The notes beneath the pieces were generated by a model. That model saw nothing but the letters and a program-made list of their open reading frames with translations, searched no databases and was not told where the DNA came from. Source: Candidatus Poribacteria bacterium (GTDB lineage: Bacteria > Poribacteria > WGA-4E > PCPOR2b). Taken from it: DNA of 64,000 bases. Made by a program: the position numbers and the translations under genes. Positions 19,016 through 28,584 of this stretch are shown one piece after another. The stretch lies in NCBI GenBank assembly GCA_965116925.1, contig OZ220744.1:5440001-5504000 (forward strand). The letters run 5' to 3'. Position 1 is the first letter of the stretch. Every line of letters begins with the position of its first letter.

Positions 19016-19691
19016 CCAATTTCGATCAGAGCTAGAGCAGGTATTTCTTCAACACGGTTTTTCGTTGGAACCGGTGCAACTTGATCAGTTTGTCACTTAC
19101 TGGCGTGAACTTAAACGCTGGAATTCACGGATGAATTTGACCGCAATTCGGGGAGATCAAGAAATTATCGTAAAACATTTCCTTGATTCGCTAAGTGTGC
19201 TACAATGTTTTGACATTAAACCCGGAGATTCGGTGATTGATATAGGGACGGGGGCAGGTTTTCCGGGTCTACCGATTAAAATTTATATCCCTGATATTAA
19301 GTTAGTCCTAGTTGAGCCCTCATTAAAGAAGGTAAGTTTCCTGCGGTTCCTTATCTCTCAATTGAGCTGGGGCCGTCAATCAAATACTTCCAGCTCGTGG
19401 GAGAACCCCCGTATTGTCGCCCAACGGGCTGAAGAATGCACGACAAAGGATCAACACATAACTGCTTACGATTGGGTCTTGACCCGTTATGTTGCTTCTA
19501 TAGAGGATTCGGCGGCTTACTGCCTTCCGCTATTGAAGCCCAATGGAACGTGGGTTGCTTATAAGTCCTCTGATGTGCAGCATGAAATTCAGCAAGCAAT
19601 CCCTAAGTTACAATCATTGGGTGGTGGAGATCAATCTATTGTTAATAGTCATATTCCTAAGCTAAATCGGACTTACGTTGCTATACGATAA
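19005..19691 (+). CDS. rsmG: 16S rRNA m7G527 methyltransferase RsmG (GidB)
   Basis: WNSRMNLTAI, KHFLDSL, IDIGTGAGFPG; follows mnmG. Confidence 0.95.
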   Translation: MLSSQFRSELEQVFLQHGFSLEPVQLDQFVTYWRELKRWNSRMNLTAIRGDQEIIVKHFLDSLSVLQCFDIKPGDSVIDIGTGAGFPGLPIKIYIPDIKLVLVEPSLKKVSFLRFLISQLSWGRQSNTSSSWENPRIVAQRAEECTTKDQHITAYDWVLTRYVASIEDSAAYCLPLLKPNGTWVAYKSSDVQHEIQQAIPKLQSLGGGDQSIVNSHIPKLNRTYVAIR

Positions 19692-19703
19692 GGAGTTTGT
19701 TAG

Positions 19704-20042
19704 ATGTTTGAGACATCAATCAGTCATAATAATGTTCCAGTTATCCGAATTGATGGAAAAATCATAGGGGGCGCGGCCAACGCGCTCAAACGTGAAATGG
19801 ATAAACAGATTGAGCAGAGCGGAGGTAGTCTGGTCTTGGACATGGCGAATGTTCCCCTGTTAGACAGCACTGCGCTAGGGATAATTATTGCGACCTTGCA
19901 GTTCCTAAAGAAGATGGATGGGAAACTGGTCTTGCTCAATCCACAACACGCTGTCATCAACGTCTTGCAGGTTACACGCCTCAACACGATTCTTGAAGTC
20001 TATTCAGACGAAGAATCGGCAACGAGCGCACTTAGCTCATAG
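19704..20042 (+). CDS. STAS-domain anti-sigma-factor antagonist
   Basis: LVLDMANVPLLDSTALG (phospho-Ser motif). Confidence 0.88.
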   Translation: MFETSISHNNVPVIRIDGKIIGGAANALKREMDKQIEQSGGSLVLDMANVPLLDSTALGIIIATLQFLKKMDGKLVLLNPQHAVINVLQVTRLNTILEVYSDEESATSALSS

Positions 20043-20054
20043 CAGAGATCTATC

Positions 20055-22382
20055 ATGAAACGTTTACGCCTTAGAATGGGGTTGCGGTGGCAACTTGTTC
20101 TGCTCTTTCTACTAGTATCGCTTATCCCCTTGCTGATCGTCGCTTCTTGGACACACCAAGCTGGGACACGTGGGCTGACAAGTACAATCAGAAGGACCCT
20201 CGTTGAACAGGCTCAATATAGCCTAGATCAGGCAGACCGTGTGATTAATGAGCAGCTGCACTCGCTTCGACGGTTTTCACTGCGAAACATTAGCCATAAC
20301 GTCGCCTCCACTAATAATGATAACAGTCCATCCTCCCTAAAGGGTGCATACGCAACCTTGTCAAACAGTATTACACATCTTGAAAGGCGCGTCGGCGAAA
20401 ATGGTCAAATCATTATAACCAACCGGAATCAGCAGGCGATCTTCGCCACCGATAAGCGATTACTCTTCCACAAAATAGATGAACCGTGGTGGCACAAGGC
20501 TTATAATAACGGACTCGGCTATGAATTGATTGGTGATGTCCAATATGATGCCGAAACACAGCAGTATTCTTTGCCGATCGCTGTGCCAATTCCGGCCCCT
20601 CCTTCCGAGTCGAAAGCGGCCGGCATTTTGAGAGTTGTTATCCCTCTTCCGAAACTTGCAGAGGTATCTGATTCTAAAAAGGAGGGGTTAGAAATCTGCC
20701 TCTTTGATAAACATGGGCGGATTATCTGCGCCCCACCGGACAGCGGACACCATTTCTCAGAGCGTATTGAAATGACTGAGGCTGCAATGCGTGCAATTAA
20801 TGCGAGCACTGAATACCATGGATCTGATATGAAGGGGGAGACCAATGCACGCGGGGAACAAAGAATCTCTGGCTGGGCACGCACGAAGTCATGGGGCCCA
20901 AGGGAGGATGAGCGACAAAACTTTATCAACCGGAGGCGGTTGAGTTTGCGACCTAGTGGACAAAACTTTACCGATTGGAGGGTGCTGGTATCGCTACCCA
21001 CCTCATTGGCTTTCAAAGGAGTGACAGAATTCACAAAGGATGTCCTACGGTTCACGCTAATCTCCTGTTTGGTCGTCATCGCGATTGCCCTCGTTGTTTC
21101 CCAACGTATTGTAAGACCGATTCGGCAAGTCACAGGGGCAGCACGCGCGATCGGTCGTGGAGAATTCGATCAGGAAATTCCGGTCACCGGTAGCAACGAA
21201 GTCGGCATTCTAGCAGAAGAGTTTAATTCAATGCGGTGGAATCTCAAAAGTGCAGTCGAAAAATTGACTGACGAAGAAAAGAAGATGACCGCTATCGTCA
21301 ATAGCATTGCCGAAGGTTTAATCCTTGTGGATTCGAGTAACCGAGTGCTCCACATCAATCCCGCTGCCGAACGTTTACTCAATCTCAGCGCAGATAGCAT
21401 CGATAAGGACATTACTGAGATTATCCAAAACGACGACCTGATTCATATCTTTGAAGAGAACCAACGCCAAATCCTTCAGCATAAACCGACGGATCAAATT
21501 CCCTCAAAGAATGAGGGGATAAACCTCATATCCGAGGTTACGTTGGCGCGTTACGATGAAAAGTTGGTGCTCCGCATTATTGCTAGTCCATTTCTTAACG
21601 AAAATGGACTGATCCTTGGGACGGTCTATCTTTTTGACGATATTACTCGTGAAAAAGAGATTGATCAGATGAAATCCGATTTTATCTCGCTGGTCTCTCA
21701 CGAATTGCGTACGCCGCTGACCTCAATCATCGGTTTTGTCTCCTTCATTCTAGATGGCAAAGCGGGTGCAATCAACGATAGACAGCGAAATAGCCTCGCT
21801 CGTGTCCAGCGGCAATCGAAACGGCTTGCCGCACTTATCAACGATCTGCTCGATATTTCCCGAATTGAGTCTGGTCGGATACAGATGGATCAGGCACTGA
21901 TTTCGCTTTTGGAAATTGTGACACATCGGCTTGAGGAGATTCGTCCTCAAGCCGATGAAAAATCAATTCAGCTAGCCCTGAACGCTCCTGAATCGGTCCC
22001 CGATATTCTCGGAGACGAAGCGCGGTTGGGCCAAGTATTTACAAACCTAATTGGCAACGCTATCAAGTTTACACCGAACAATGGCGAAGTAAACGTCAAA
22101 GTTGAAGCCGATGGGAATCTTTTGCACGTTGAAGTCATCGACACAGGCCCCGGTATCCCCCCGGAGGAACGCCAAAAGATATTCGACAAGTTTTACCAAC
22201 TCAGTGACATTAGCACGCGCCAGCAAGGCGGCTCCGGCTTGGGATTATCAATTAGCAAAAGTATCGTTGAAGCGCACGGTGGGAAATTGTGGATCGACGA
22301 TGGAACTCAAGGTAAAGGGAGTAATTTTCAGTTTGTGTTACCGCTCATCAGAGAAGATGATAATGTAAAACGTAAAGAGTAA
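20055..22382 (+). CDS. Membrane sensor histidine kinase (Cache-like periplasmic, HAMP, PAS, HisKA, HATPase)
   Basis: Two TM segments; SHELRTPLT H-box; NLIGNAIKFT; DTGPGI; GSGLGL. Confidence 0.93.
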   Translation: MKRLRLRMGLRWQLVLLFLLVSLIPLLIVASWTHQAGTRGLTSTIRRTLVEQAQYSLDQADRVINEQLHSLRRFSLRNISHNVASTNNDNSPSSLKGAYATLSNSITHLERRVGENGQIIITNRNQQAIFATDKRLLFHKIDEPWWHKAYNNGLGYELIGDVQYDAETQQYSLPIAVPIPAPPSESKAAGILRVVIPLPKLAEVSDSKKEGLEICLFDKHGRIICAPPDSGHHFSERIEMTEAAMRAINASTEYHGSDMKGETNARGEQRISGWARTKSWGPREDERQNFINRRRLSLRPSGQNFTDWRVLVSLPTSLAFKGVTEFTKDVLRFTLISCLVVIAIALVVSQRIVRPIRQVTGAARAIGRGEFDQEIPVTGSNEVGILAEEFNSMRWNLKSAVEKLTDEEKKMTAIVNSIAEGLILVDSSNRVLHINPAAERLLNLSADSIDKDITEIIQNDDLIHIFEENQRQILQHKPTDQIPSKNEGINLISEVTLARYDEKLVLRIIASPFLNENGLILGTVYLFDDITREKEIDQMKSDFISLVSHELRTPLTSIIGFVSFILDGKAGAINDRQRNSLARVQRQSKRLAALINDLLDISRIESGRIQMDQALISLLEIVTHRLEEIRPQADEKSIQLALNAPESVPDILGDEARLGQVFTNLIGNAIKFTPNNGEVNVKVEADGNLLHVEVIDTGPGIPPEERQKIFDKFYQLSDISTRQQGGSGLGLSISKSIVEAHGGKLWIDDGTQGKGSNFQFVLPLIREDDNVKRKE

Positions 22383-22397
22383 GGGAGTATTAAGACA

Positions 22398-23579
22398 ATG
22401 GCTGAGACAATCCTTGCTGTGGATGACGATATCGATATTCTTGAGTTAATCCAAATGAGTCTGACCGCTGAAGGGTTCGATGTTATCACAGCAAACGACG
22501 GAATGAGTGGGTTAGAAAAAGCGAAAGCCTATTCACCTGATCTTATTCTCCTCGATCTGATGATGCCGGTGATGGATGGATTCGAGGTTATAGGTAAATT
22601 GAGAGCAGATGAACAGACCCGTGCCACTCCTGTCATCATGCTCACGGCGCGGGCGCAAACGCACGAGAGGGTTCAGGGATTACATGCGGGAGCAGATGAC
22701 TACGTCACAAAACCTTTCGATCTTGATGAGTTGACAGCACGAATCGAAGCCGTACTCGGACGAACCCTGCCGACCAAATATATTAACCCACTCATCAGCA
22801 CGATGGGAGACTGGTTCACTGAAGAAGGTGTTGAACAACTCGCTTCACACCTGGAAGCTGCGGCAATGATACAGCAGAATCTGATACCTCAACAAGCACC
22901 GGATCTGCCCGGATTTGATATCGCTGGCTTCCTGCGAAGTTCGATGACAGTGTCCGGCGATTTCTACGATTTCATTCTGTTAGACGATAATCACTTAGGC
23001 ATAGCAATCGCCGACGTTCGTGGCAAAGGGATTCCCGCTGCTTTATTGATGGTTATGATTCGGACAACCCTTCGACTTATCTGCCGTGAAGAGACTTCGC
23101 CCGACGCTGTCCTCAAGCGTATCAATGATCTCTTAGCAATTGACACGGATCCAGATCTATTCGCAACAATGGTCTACGGGATTTTAGATTCTGCAGCGAT
23201 GACCTTTACCTATTCAAGCGCGGGGCACAATTATCCGTTGCACCTGAAAAATGGAGGAACAGAAGTGGCGCAACTAGAGGTCGGAGGGATGATATTAGGA
23301 ACCTTTGATTATGCGACCTTTGAATCAGAAACGATTCACTTTGCCCCCGGTGATGAAATTCTCCTCTATACAGACGGTGTCACCGAAGCCGAGCGGAAAT
23401 CCGATGAGACTTTTTACGGTGAAGAGCGGCTTGTCGCAGTTCTTCAATCAAAGGGCGACCAATCCGCTGAAACACTTTGCCAAACCATTGAGACGGCACT
23501 CTTGAACTTTACCGGAACAGACCATCGGGACGATGATGTCACCATTGTCGTTATAAGAGCGACAGACGGAAAGGAATAA
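22398..23579 (+). CDS. Response regulator receiver fused to PP2C/SpoIIE phosphatase (RsbU/RsbY-like)
   Basis: VDDD..LDLMMP..KPF receiver; SGDFYD, IADVRGKG, YTDGVTEA, DDVT phosphatase motifs. Confidence 0.92.
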   Translation: MAETILAVDDDIDILELIQMSLTAEGFDVITANDGMSGLEKAKAYSPDLILLDLMMPVMDGFEVIGKLRADEQTRATPVIMLTARAQTHERVQGLHAGADDYVTKPFDLDELTARIEAVLGRTLPTKYINPLISTMGDWFTEEGVEQLASHLEAAAMIQQNLIPQQAPDLPGFDIAGFLRSSMTVSGDFYDFILLDDNHLGIAIADVRGKGIPAALLMVMIRTTLRLICREETSPDAVLKRINDLLAIDTDPDLFATMVYGILDSAAMTFTYSSAGHNYPLHLKNGGTEVAQLEVGGMILGTFDYATFESETIHFAPGDEILLYTDGVTEAERKSDETFYGEERLVAVLQSKGDQSAETLCQTIETALLNFTGTDHRDDDVTIVVIRATDGKE

Positions 23580-23583
23580 CTAC

Positions 23584-24018
23584 GTGGGACTGACAACCGA
23601 GCAAGTCATTCGTCTTGACCTCCCAAGCTCAATGCAGCATGTTTATTTGTTAGATACGATCATCCTCGAAATCCTCAAAGAGATGGATTTTGATCAGGAA
23701 ACGAGTGAGCAGGTAACGCTTGCAGTCATCGAAGCCGGAACAAATGCAATCAAGCATGGGAATCAAGAAGATTTGAGTAAAAGTGCCCACTTTGAGTTCA
23801 TCGTCCAGTCTGATAAGTTCACGGTTATCGTTCAAGACGAAGGGAAAGGGTTCAATCGGGAGGAGGTTCCGGATCCGTTAGATCCGGCAAATCTCTTAAA
23901 AAGTAGTGGTAGAGGAATTTTTCTGATGGAAGCGTGTATGGATTCCGTCACTTTTGAACAATCAGGCACAATCGTTAAAATGGTTAAGCATAAACCGGAT
24001 GATAAGCAACAAATGTAA
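23584..24018 (+). CDS. RsbW/SpoIIAB-like anti-sigma serine kinase
   Basis: EAGTNAIKHG, DEGKGF, GRGIFLM. Confidence 0.9.
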   Translation: MGLTTEQVIRLDLPSSMQHVYLLDTIILEILKEMDFDQETSEQVTLAVIEAGTNAIKHGNQEDLSKSAHFEFIVQSDKFTVIVQDEGKGFNREEVPDPLDPANLLKSSGRGIFLMEACMDSVTFEQSGTIVKMVKHKPDDKQQM

Positions 24019-24133
24019 TTTCAACATAGAAAACAGCAACAAGAATTGTCGTAACTTAGGTTAGTTTATAGAGAAAAAACAGAGCAGCCGCCCTATGGGT
24101 TGGTCATCACTTCAACTTTAAGGAGACCATCAA

Positions 24134-24490
24134 ATGACTGTAGATATTCGTAAAAGAGAAGGTATCACAATTCTGGATATTGAGGGAAGGATTATAGGGT
24201 CTGATAGTTTAGCCCTCAAGGAAATCATTGATGAACAAGTTGATAATGCTGAAGAGGGAGACGCTAGAATCCTGCTGAATCTCGCGGATGTACGTATGGT
24301 AGATAGCTCCGGTCTTGGCATTATCGTTGCCTCCTATACAGCCGTTCAAAGAAAAGGTGGACGCATTGCACTATTGCATCCCGGCGGAAACATTAGGAGC
24401 TTGATTGTCATGGCAAAGTTAGTTACCATCTTCGATCGATATGAGGACGAAGACGAGGCTATCGCTAGCTTCTACAAGTCCAATAACTAA
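24134..24490 (+). CDS. STAS-domain anti-sigma-factor antagonist (RsbV-like)
   Basis: LLNLADVRMVDSSGLG; SD AAGGAG. Confidence 0.9.
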   Translation: MTVDIRKREGITILDIEGRIIGSDSLALKEIIDEQVDNAEEGDARILLNLADVRMVDSSGLGIIVASYTAVQRKGGRIALLHPGGNIRSLIVMAKLVTIFDRYEDEDEAIASFYKSNN

Positions 24491-24712
24491 CCTCCTTTGC
24501 GGGATGATAACGATAACACTGTTCATCGTGGATTGACAAATCCCGGTATATTTTCTAAGGTCAGGGGATGGTGAATCAGCCAAGCGAGTTAATAACTGGG
24601 GATTCACCGCTCCCTTCACAACGAGCGATACGTGTGATCGTTCACCAATTTTACAGACAAGTAGCTCTTGTTGGAGCTGACGACATTTCATAGAAGAGGG
24701 AATGCGATCACT

Positions 24713-25516
24713 GTGGCACTGTACAAAGATAGGCATCGTGAACTGTGGAATAAGTGTACAAACTGTGGAGAGCTTGTATTTAAGCAGGCACTAGAACGTA
24801 ACTCCTATATTTGTCCAAATTGTGATTACTATTCCCCGATGCCCGCTGATGGTCGCCTTCGCTATTTATTTGATTCGGAGGCAATATTCAATCTCGACCC
24901 GGCTTCAATCGACAGGCAGCTATTAGATGCCATTGGAATGACAGATCTCGTGCATCAAAACAGATTTCCAGATGAATCCCAATGGCTGATTTCCGCGGGC
25001 GAGGGCACAATCTCAAATTGCCCGGCGGTTCTTGCTGTTGTTGCACCCTACGCTGTTCCACAGCGTGTCCATTTCGTAACATTACTAGTTGCAATTCGTA
25101 CTGCATTAGAGAAAAAGCTGCCATTTATCACTGTTTATCCAAGCGATGCGCTTGCTAAGCGGAGGTCCGATCCACCAGAACAACCGGAATTGTCGCCCAC
25201 TGAAATTACATATCTAACCATTGAAATGGACCATTTGTCCCAAGCCCGTTTGCCACAGATTACAATTCTCACAGATCAAGACCGTCAGACGGGATTCTTA
25301 ACACAATTTCCACTGGGGGATGTCGTACTGGCGGAACAGAACCGTATGTCTGGAAGTTCATCTGACAGACGAACCCACTCATCGCGTGGAGAGTCCTCCC
25401 AAACTACGTCTTCATTATCTAGCTATACATCAACCGATGTGAGCATAGATTACTACGTTCAGCGTCAGGATCTACCGACAAGACTGGGTAAATTACTTAC
25501 TTTTTTTGGCAAATGA
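24713..25516 (+). CDS. AccD-like protein with intact C4 zinc finger but degenerate carboxyltransferase motifs
   Basis: LWNKCTNCGELVFKQALERNSYICPNCDY; residual AccD scaffold (GEGTI, KKLPFI, LP.ITILTD, LGDVVLAE); start uncertain (GTG 24713 or TTG 24668). Confidence 0.7.
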   Translation: MALYKDRHRELWNKCTNCGELVFKQALERNSYICPNCDYYSPMPADGRLRYLFDSEAIFNLDPASIDRQLLDAIGMTDLVHQNRFPDESQWLISAGEGTISNCPAVLAVVAPYAVPQRVHFVTLLVAIRTALEKKLPFITVYPSDALAKRRSDPPEQPELSPTEITYLTIEMDHLSQARLPQITILTDQDRQTGFLTQFPLGDVVLAEQNRMSGSSSDRRTHSSRGESSQTTSSLSSYTSTDVSIDYYVQRQDLPTRLGKLLTFFGK

Positions 25517-25569
25517 ACTTATTACGTTTGCCCCATTATGTTTTGTGCATCGTACTTCAGAAGAGGAAA

Positions 25570-26202
25570 ATGAAAAAAAAGATACCATTATTAAGCGTAC
25601 AATTGCTCGTTATACTACTGTTTGCAAATCTGGGTTGTTCAACGCTTCAAAATACGTTTGAAACCGCGTTTCAGAGTGAACGTATTGTTCCTGTTTTTGA
25701 TCCAGAGGCGACGATCCTCATGAGATCCGGATCTGCTGCGTATGTCAAAAACGGTATCACGGCAATAGCAGTTCCCTTGAACAATGTCAAAGAGGTAGAC
25801 GCTTTTGGGATTATCGTGTTCAATAGCACAGATCACTGGATCTCGTTGCGGCAGGAGGATTGTTCGATGCTCGATCAATCGGGCAAAGTTCATAAGCCCA
25901 TCCATAGATCTCAGCATACATTTTATCTCGGAAACAATTTCACGCCGAAGATGCCACCTGAATTCCGAGAAGATTTTCGGGACAACCGCGTACTCCGTTC
26001 TATGGGAGACTTCGTACCATTACCGAGCGAAGATATAGAAAAAACAACCATTATGCCAAAACGTCGGGTGCGGTTCTTCCTGTATTTCCACAAGCGTAGC
26101 GTTGAATCCTCAAATTTTCGGATTATTGTTCCCAAAGTCCACAGCGAATTTACCGACATAGAAACCACGTTCGTGTTTAAGTTTGAGGTCCAAAGAAGCT
26201 AA
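25570..26202 (+). CDS. Hypothetical lipoprotein
   Basis: MKKK + hydrophobic stretch + NLGC lipobox; SD GAGG. Confidence 0.7.
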   Translation: MKKKIPLLSVQLLVILLFANLGCSTLQNTFETAFQSERIVPVFDPEATILMRSGSAAYVKNGITAIAVPLNNVKEVDAFGIIVFNSTDHWISLRQEDCSMLDQSGKVHKPIHRSQHTFYLGNNFTPKMPPEFREDFRDNRVLRSMGDFVPLPSEDIEKTTIMPKRRVRFFLYFHKRSVESSNFRIIVPKVHSEFTDIETTFVFKFEVQRS

Positions 26203-26351
26203 GAGCGCAGGCCAAAAGTGGTAAGACGCTAACCTTCGGAAGCGGATCCTCACCTTTTGAGCATTCAGCTATTGATTTGCCGTCTATCTCAAACATCAAG
26301 AGAGCCTTCCAACGGTTCCGCCGATTTCTCATATACGCTCTAAACAGACAA

Positions 26352-27407
26352 ATGAGCAAATGGACTTTCTTGCCTCTTCTGGTGTTCCTTCCTCTCTGTT
26401 TGAGTTGTGCTGCCCCTACATCACCGGCGGATGGGGGGACCAAAGCAAATCTGAACCTGACCAAGCCGATAACGCCCCCCCAAATTGTCTCCTCCCTCCA
26501 AGATTTGCCCGTACCGCCCATACTCGGTGTGAATCACCTCCGCACAATAGGCGGCTCCGGTCAGGGCGCGGGACAATTCTTGCAACCAGTCGGACTCGAT
26601 CTTGACCATCGGGGAATGCTCTATGTCGCCGATTCAGGAAATAACCGCGTCCAAGTTGTCGATAGCGAAGGCAACTTCGTATCGGAATATGGTGTGCGTG
26701 GCTGGCGAACAGGAGAATTTGATAACCCGACAGATGTTGCTATCAATTTCCAGCGCACCGAGCTTCTCTATGTCGCTGATACAGATAACCACCGAATCCA
26801 ATACTGTAACCTAGTGGACAGAATCTTTTACATCATGGCAGGCAGTAGATTGGGACGTGACGATGAAGATCATGATATGGACGCTGAAATTGAGTTTGAT
26901 CTGCCCGGCGGGGTTAGTGTCGGGCGGAACGGGGAGGTTTGTGTCGTTGATACGGGAAACCACCGGTTTGTCCTATTTAATCCGGATGGCATTCGCATGT
27001 TGGTACGGGGAAGTTTTGGTGGTGCAAGGCAACAGTTTCGTGACCCAACAGACCTTGTCGCAGACCCACACGGGAATATCTACATCGTCGATTCAGGAAA
27101 TCATCGGATCAAGAAATACGACTTTAGCGGTAACCTAGTCCATACGTGGGGCACTGAGGGAGAAACTCCAGGACAATTTCGCGAACCGCGTCACATCGAC
27201 ATTGACCGTTGGGGGTATCTCTATGTGACAGACCGAGGAAATCAACGGATTCAGGTCTTCACAAAGGAAGGGGACGCAGTGATGACATTTGGCGATGAAT
27301 CGCTTGTTGAACCGGGCGGCATTGCGATTTTCAAGAATGACCTGGTCTTCGTAAGCGATGTCGCCGCGAATGATATTAAGATTTTCCAAATTGTCTACCG
27401 TCAATGA
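26352..27407 (+). CDS. NHL-repeat (6-bladed beta-propeller) lipoprotein
   Basis: Repeated G.F..P..+A+D...+YVADSGN.R+Q; lipobox CLSC. Confidence 0.88.
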   Translation: MSKWTFLPLLVFLPLCLSCAAPTSPADGGTKANLNLTKPITPPQIVSSLQDLPVPPILGVNHLRTIGGSGQGAGQFLQPVGLDLDHRGMLYVADSGNNRVQVVDSEGNFVSEYGVRGWRTGEFDNPTDVAINFQRTELLYVADTDNHRIQYCNLVDRIFYIMAGSRLGRDDEDHDMDAEIEFDLPGGVSVGRNGEVCVVDTGNHRFVLFNPDGIRMLVRGSFGGARQQFRDPTDLVADPHGNIYIVDSGNHRIKKYDFSGNLVHTWGTEGETPGQFREPRHIDIDRWGYLYVTDRGNQRIQVFTKEGDAVMTFGDESLVEPGGIAIFKNDLVFVSDVAANDIKIFQIVYRQ

Positions 27408-27499
27408 TATCAGATGTGAGGTAGCGAAGATGTGTTGCTGCACAAAACTGGAAGAGACTGGTAATCCCCACACAGAGTACAAAATACGAGGAGAACATT

Positions 27500-28477
27500 A
27501 TGCAATTAACCGATGAGCAACTAGCAACTTGGAAACGGGATGGCAGTATAGTTGTGCCTAACGTCTTTCCCCCGGAGAGTTTTGCTCCGGCGTTAGAGGC
27601 GGTCGAGCGCAATGCTTATGGGGGGCTGACTTATACCGAATACCGGACAAAATGGGAGGAAAATCCCACAGAGATTCAACAACTTTACGAACAAACATCA
27701 CCCATGCAACTACTGGCAGGTCCAATGGGGGGAGCTGTCCATTTTCCCACCGGCTTGCCGGCGGTCGATAAGCTGCTAGAAAATGACGACTATATTGATT
27801 GTGCATGTCAGCTATTGGGAACTGACGAGATACGGCTCGGCTATGGGCAAATTTTCTTCCGAGAAGGATTGACTGATACCCGATATAGTGAGAACCCTTG
27901 GGAAGGTTATCATATCGACAACGGCACCAATTCACAACTGCCACCACATCCCGATTGGGAACGGTATAGCTACCTACTTTCTGGAATTATCCTGCACGAT
28001 ATTGATGAAGATGGTGCCCCTATGCTGGTCTGTCGTGGTTCACACAAACAGTTAGCGTCGCTATACGATCGTCACGGGGGGCGCGCCGGTGGAATGGGTC
28101 TGTCAGACCTCCGCGAGTGTGAGGAGCTGGCTGAACCAACCCCGGTTACCGCCAAAGCCGGCAGCGTTGCCTTCCGTTCTAGCTATCTAATTCATGCCGC
28201 CCAACCTTTTGCCAACAAACAGCGGCAGCGCGGGTGGATGGGATTTCACTTCCATCGTGCGGACAACGCCGACTGGTGTCATACCACGCGCCCCGTTCCC
28301 GGCTGGACAACACCTGAGTTTGTGAGTTTCGTAGCCGATACCACACCCCGCGCCCGTCACCTGCTCGGTTGGCCCAATCCGGGCGATCCCTATTACACCG
28401 AAGAAGCACTCCAACGCCTCGCTAACGCCTACCCCGGCATTGATCTAGATCCATATCGAAACGCTATGACGGTGTGA
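27500..28477 (+). CDS. Phytanoyl-CoA dioxygenase (PhyH) family protein
   Basis: LTDEQLATWKRDG start; HxD (YHID) and distal His (IHAA). Confidence 0.85.
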   Translation: MQLTDEQLATWKRDGSIVVPNVFPPESFAPALEAVERNAYGGLTYTEYRTKWEENPTEIQQLYEQTSPMQLLAGPMGGAVHFPTGLPAVDKLLENDDYIDCACQLLGTDEIRLGYGQIFFREGLTDTRYSENPWEGYHIDNGTNSQLPPHPDWERYSYLLSGIILHDIDEDGAPMLVCRGSHKQLASLYDRHGGRAGGMGLSDLRECEELAEPTPVTAKAGSVAFRSSYLIHAAQPFANKQRQRGWMGFHFHRADNADWCHTTRPVPGWTTPEFVSFVADTTPRARHLLGWPNPGDPYYTEEALQRLANAYPGIDLDPYRNAMTV

Positions 28478-28584
28478 CAAGACGGTAGCTGGTAAGTTTA
28501 CAGAGGTGGACTATTTCGCGCTGTTGTTATGAATATCATTGTCTATTATGATATATTGCCGATTGAGCAAGAGGAGTAATATAG

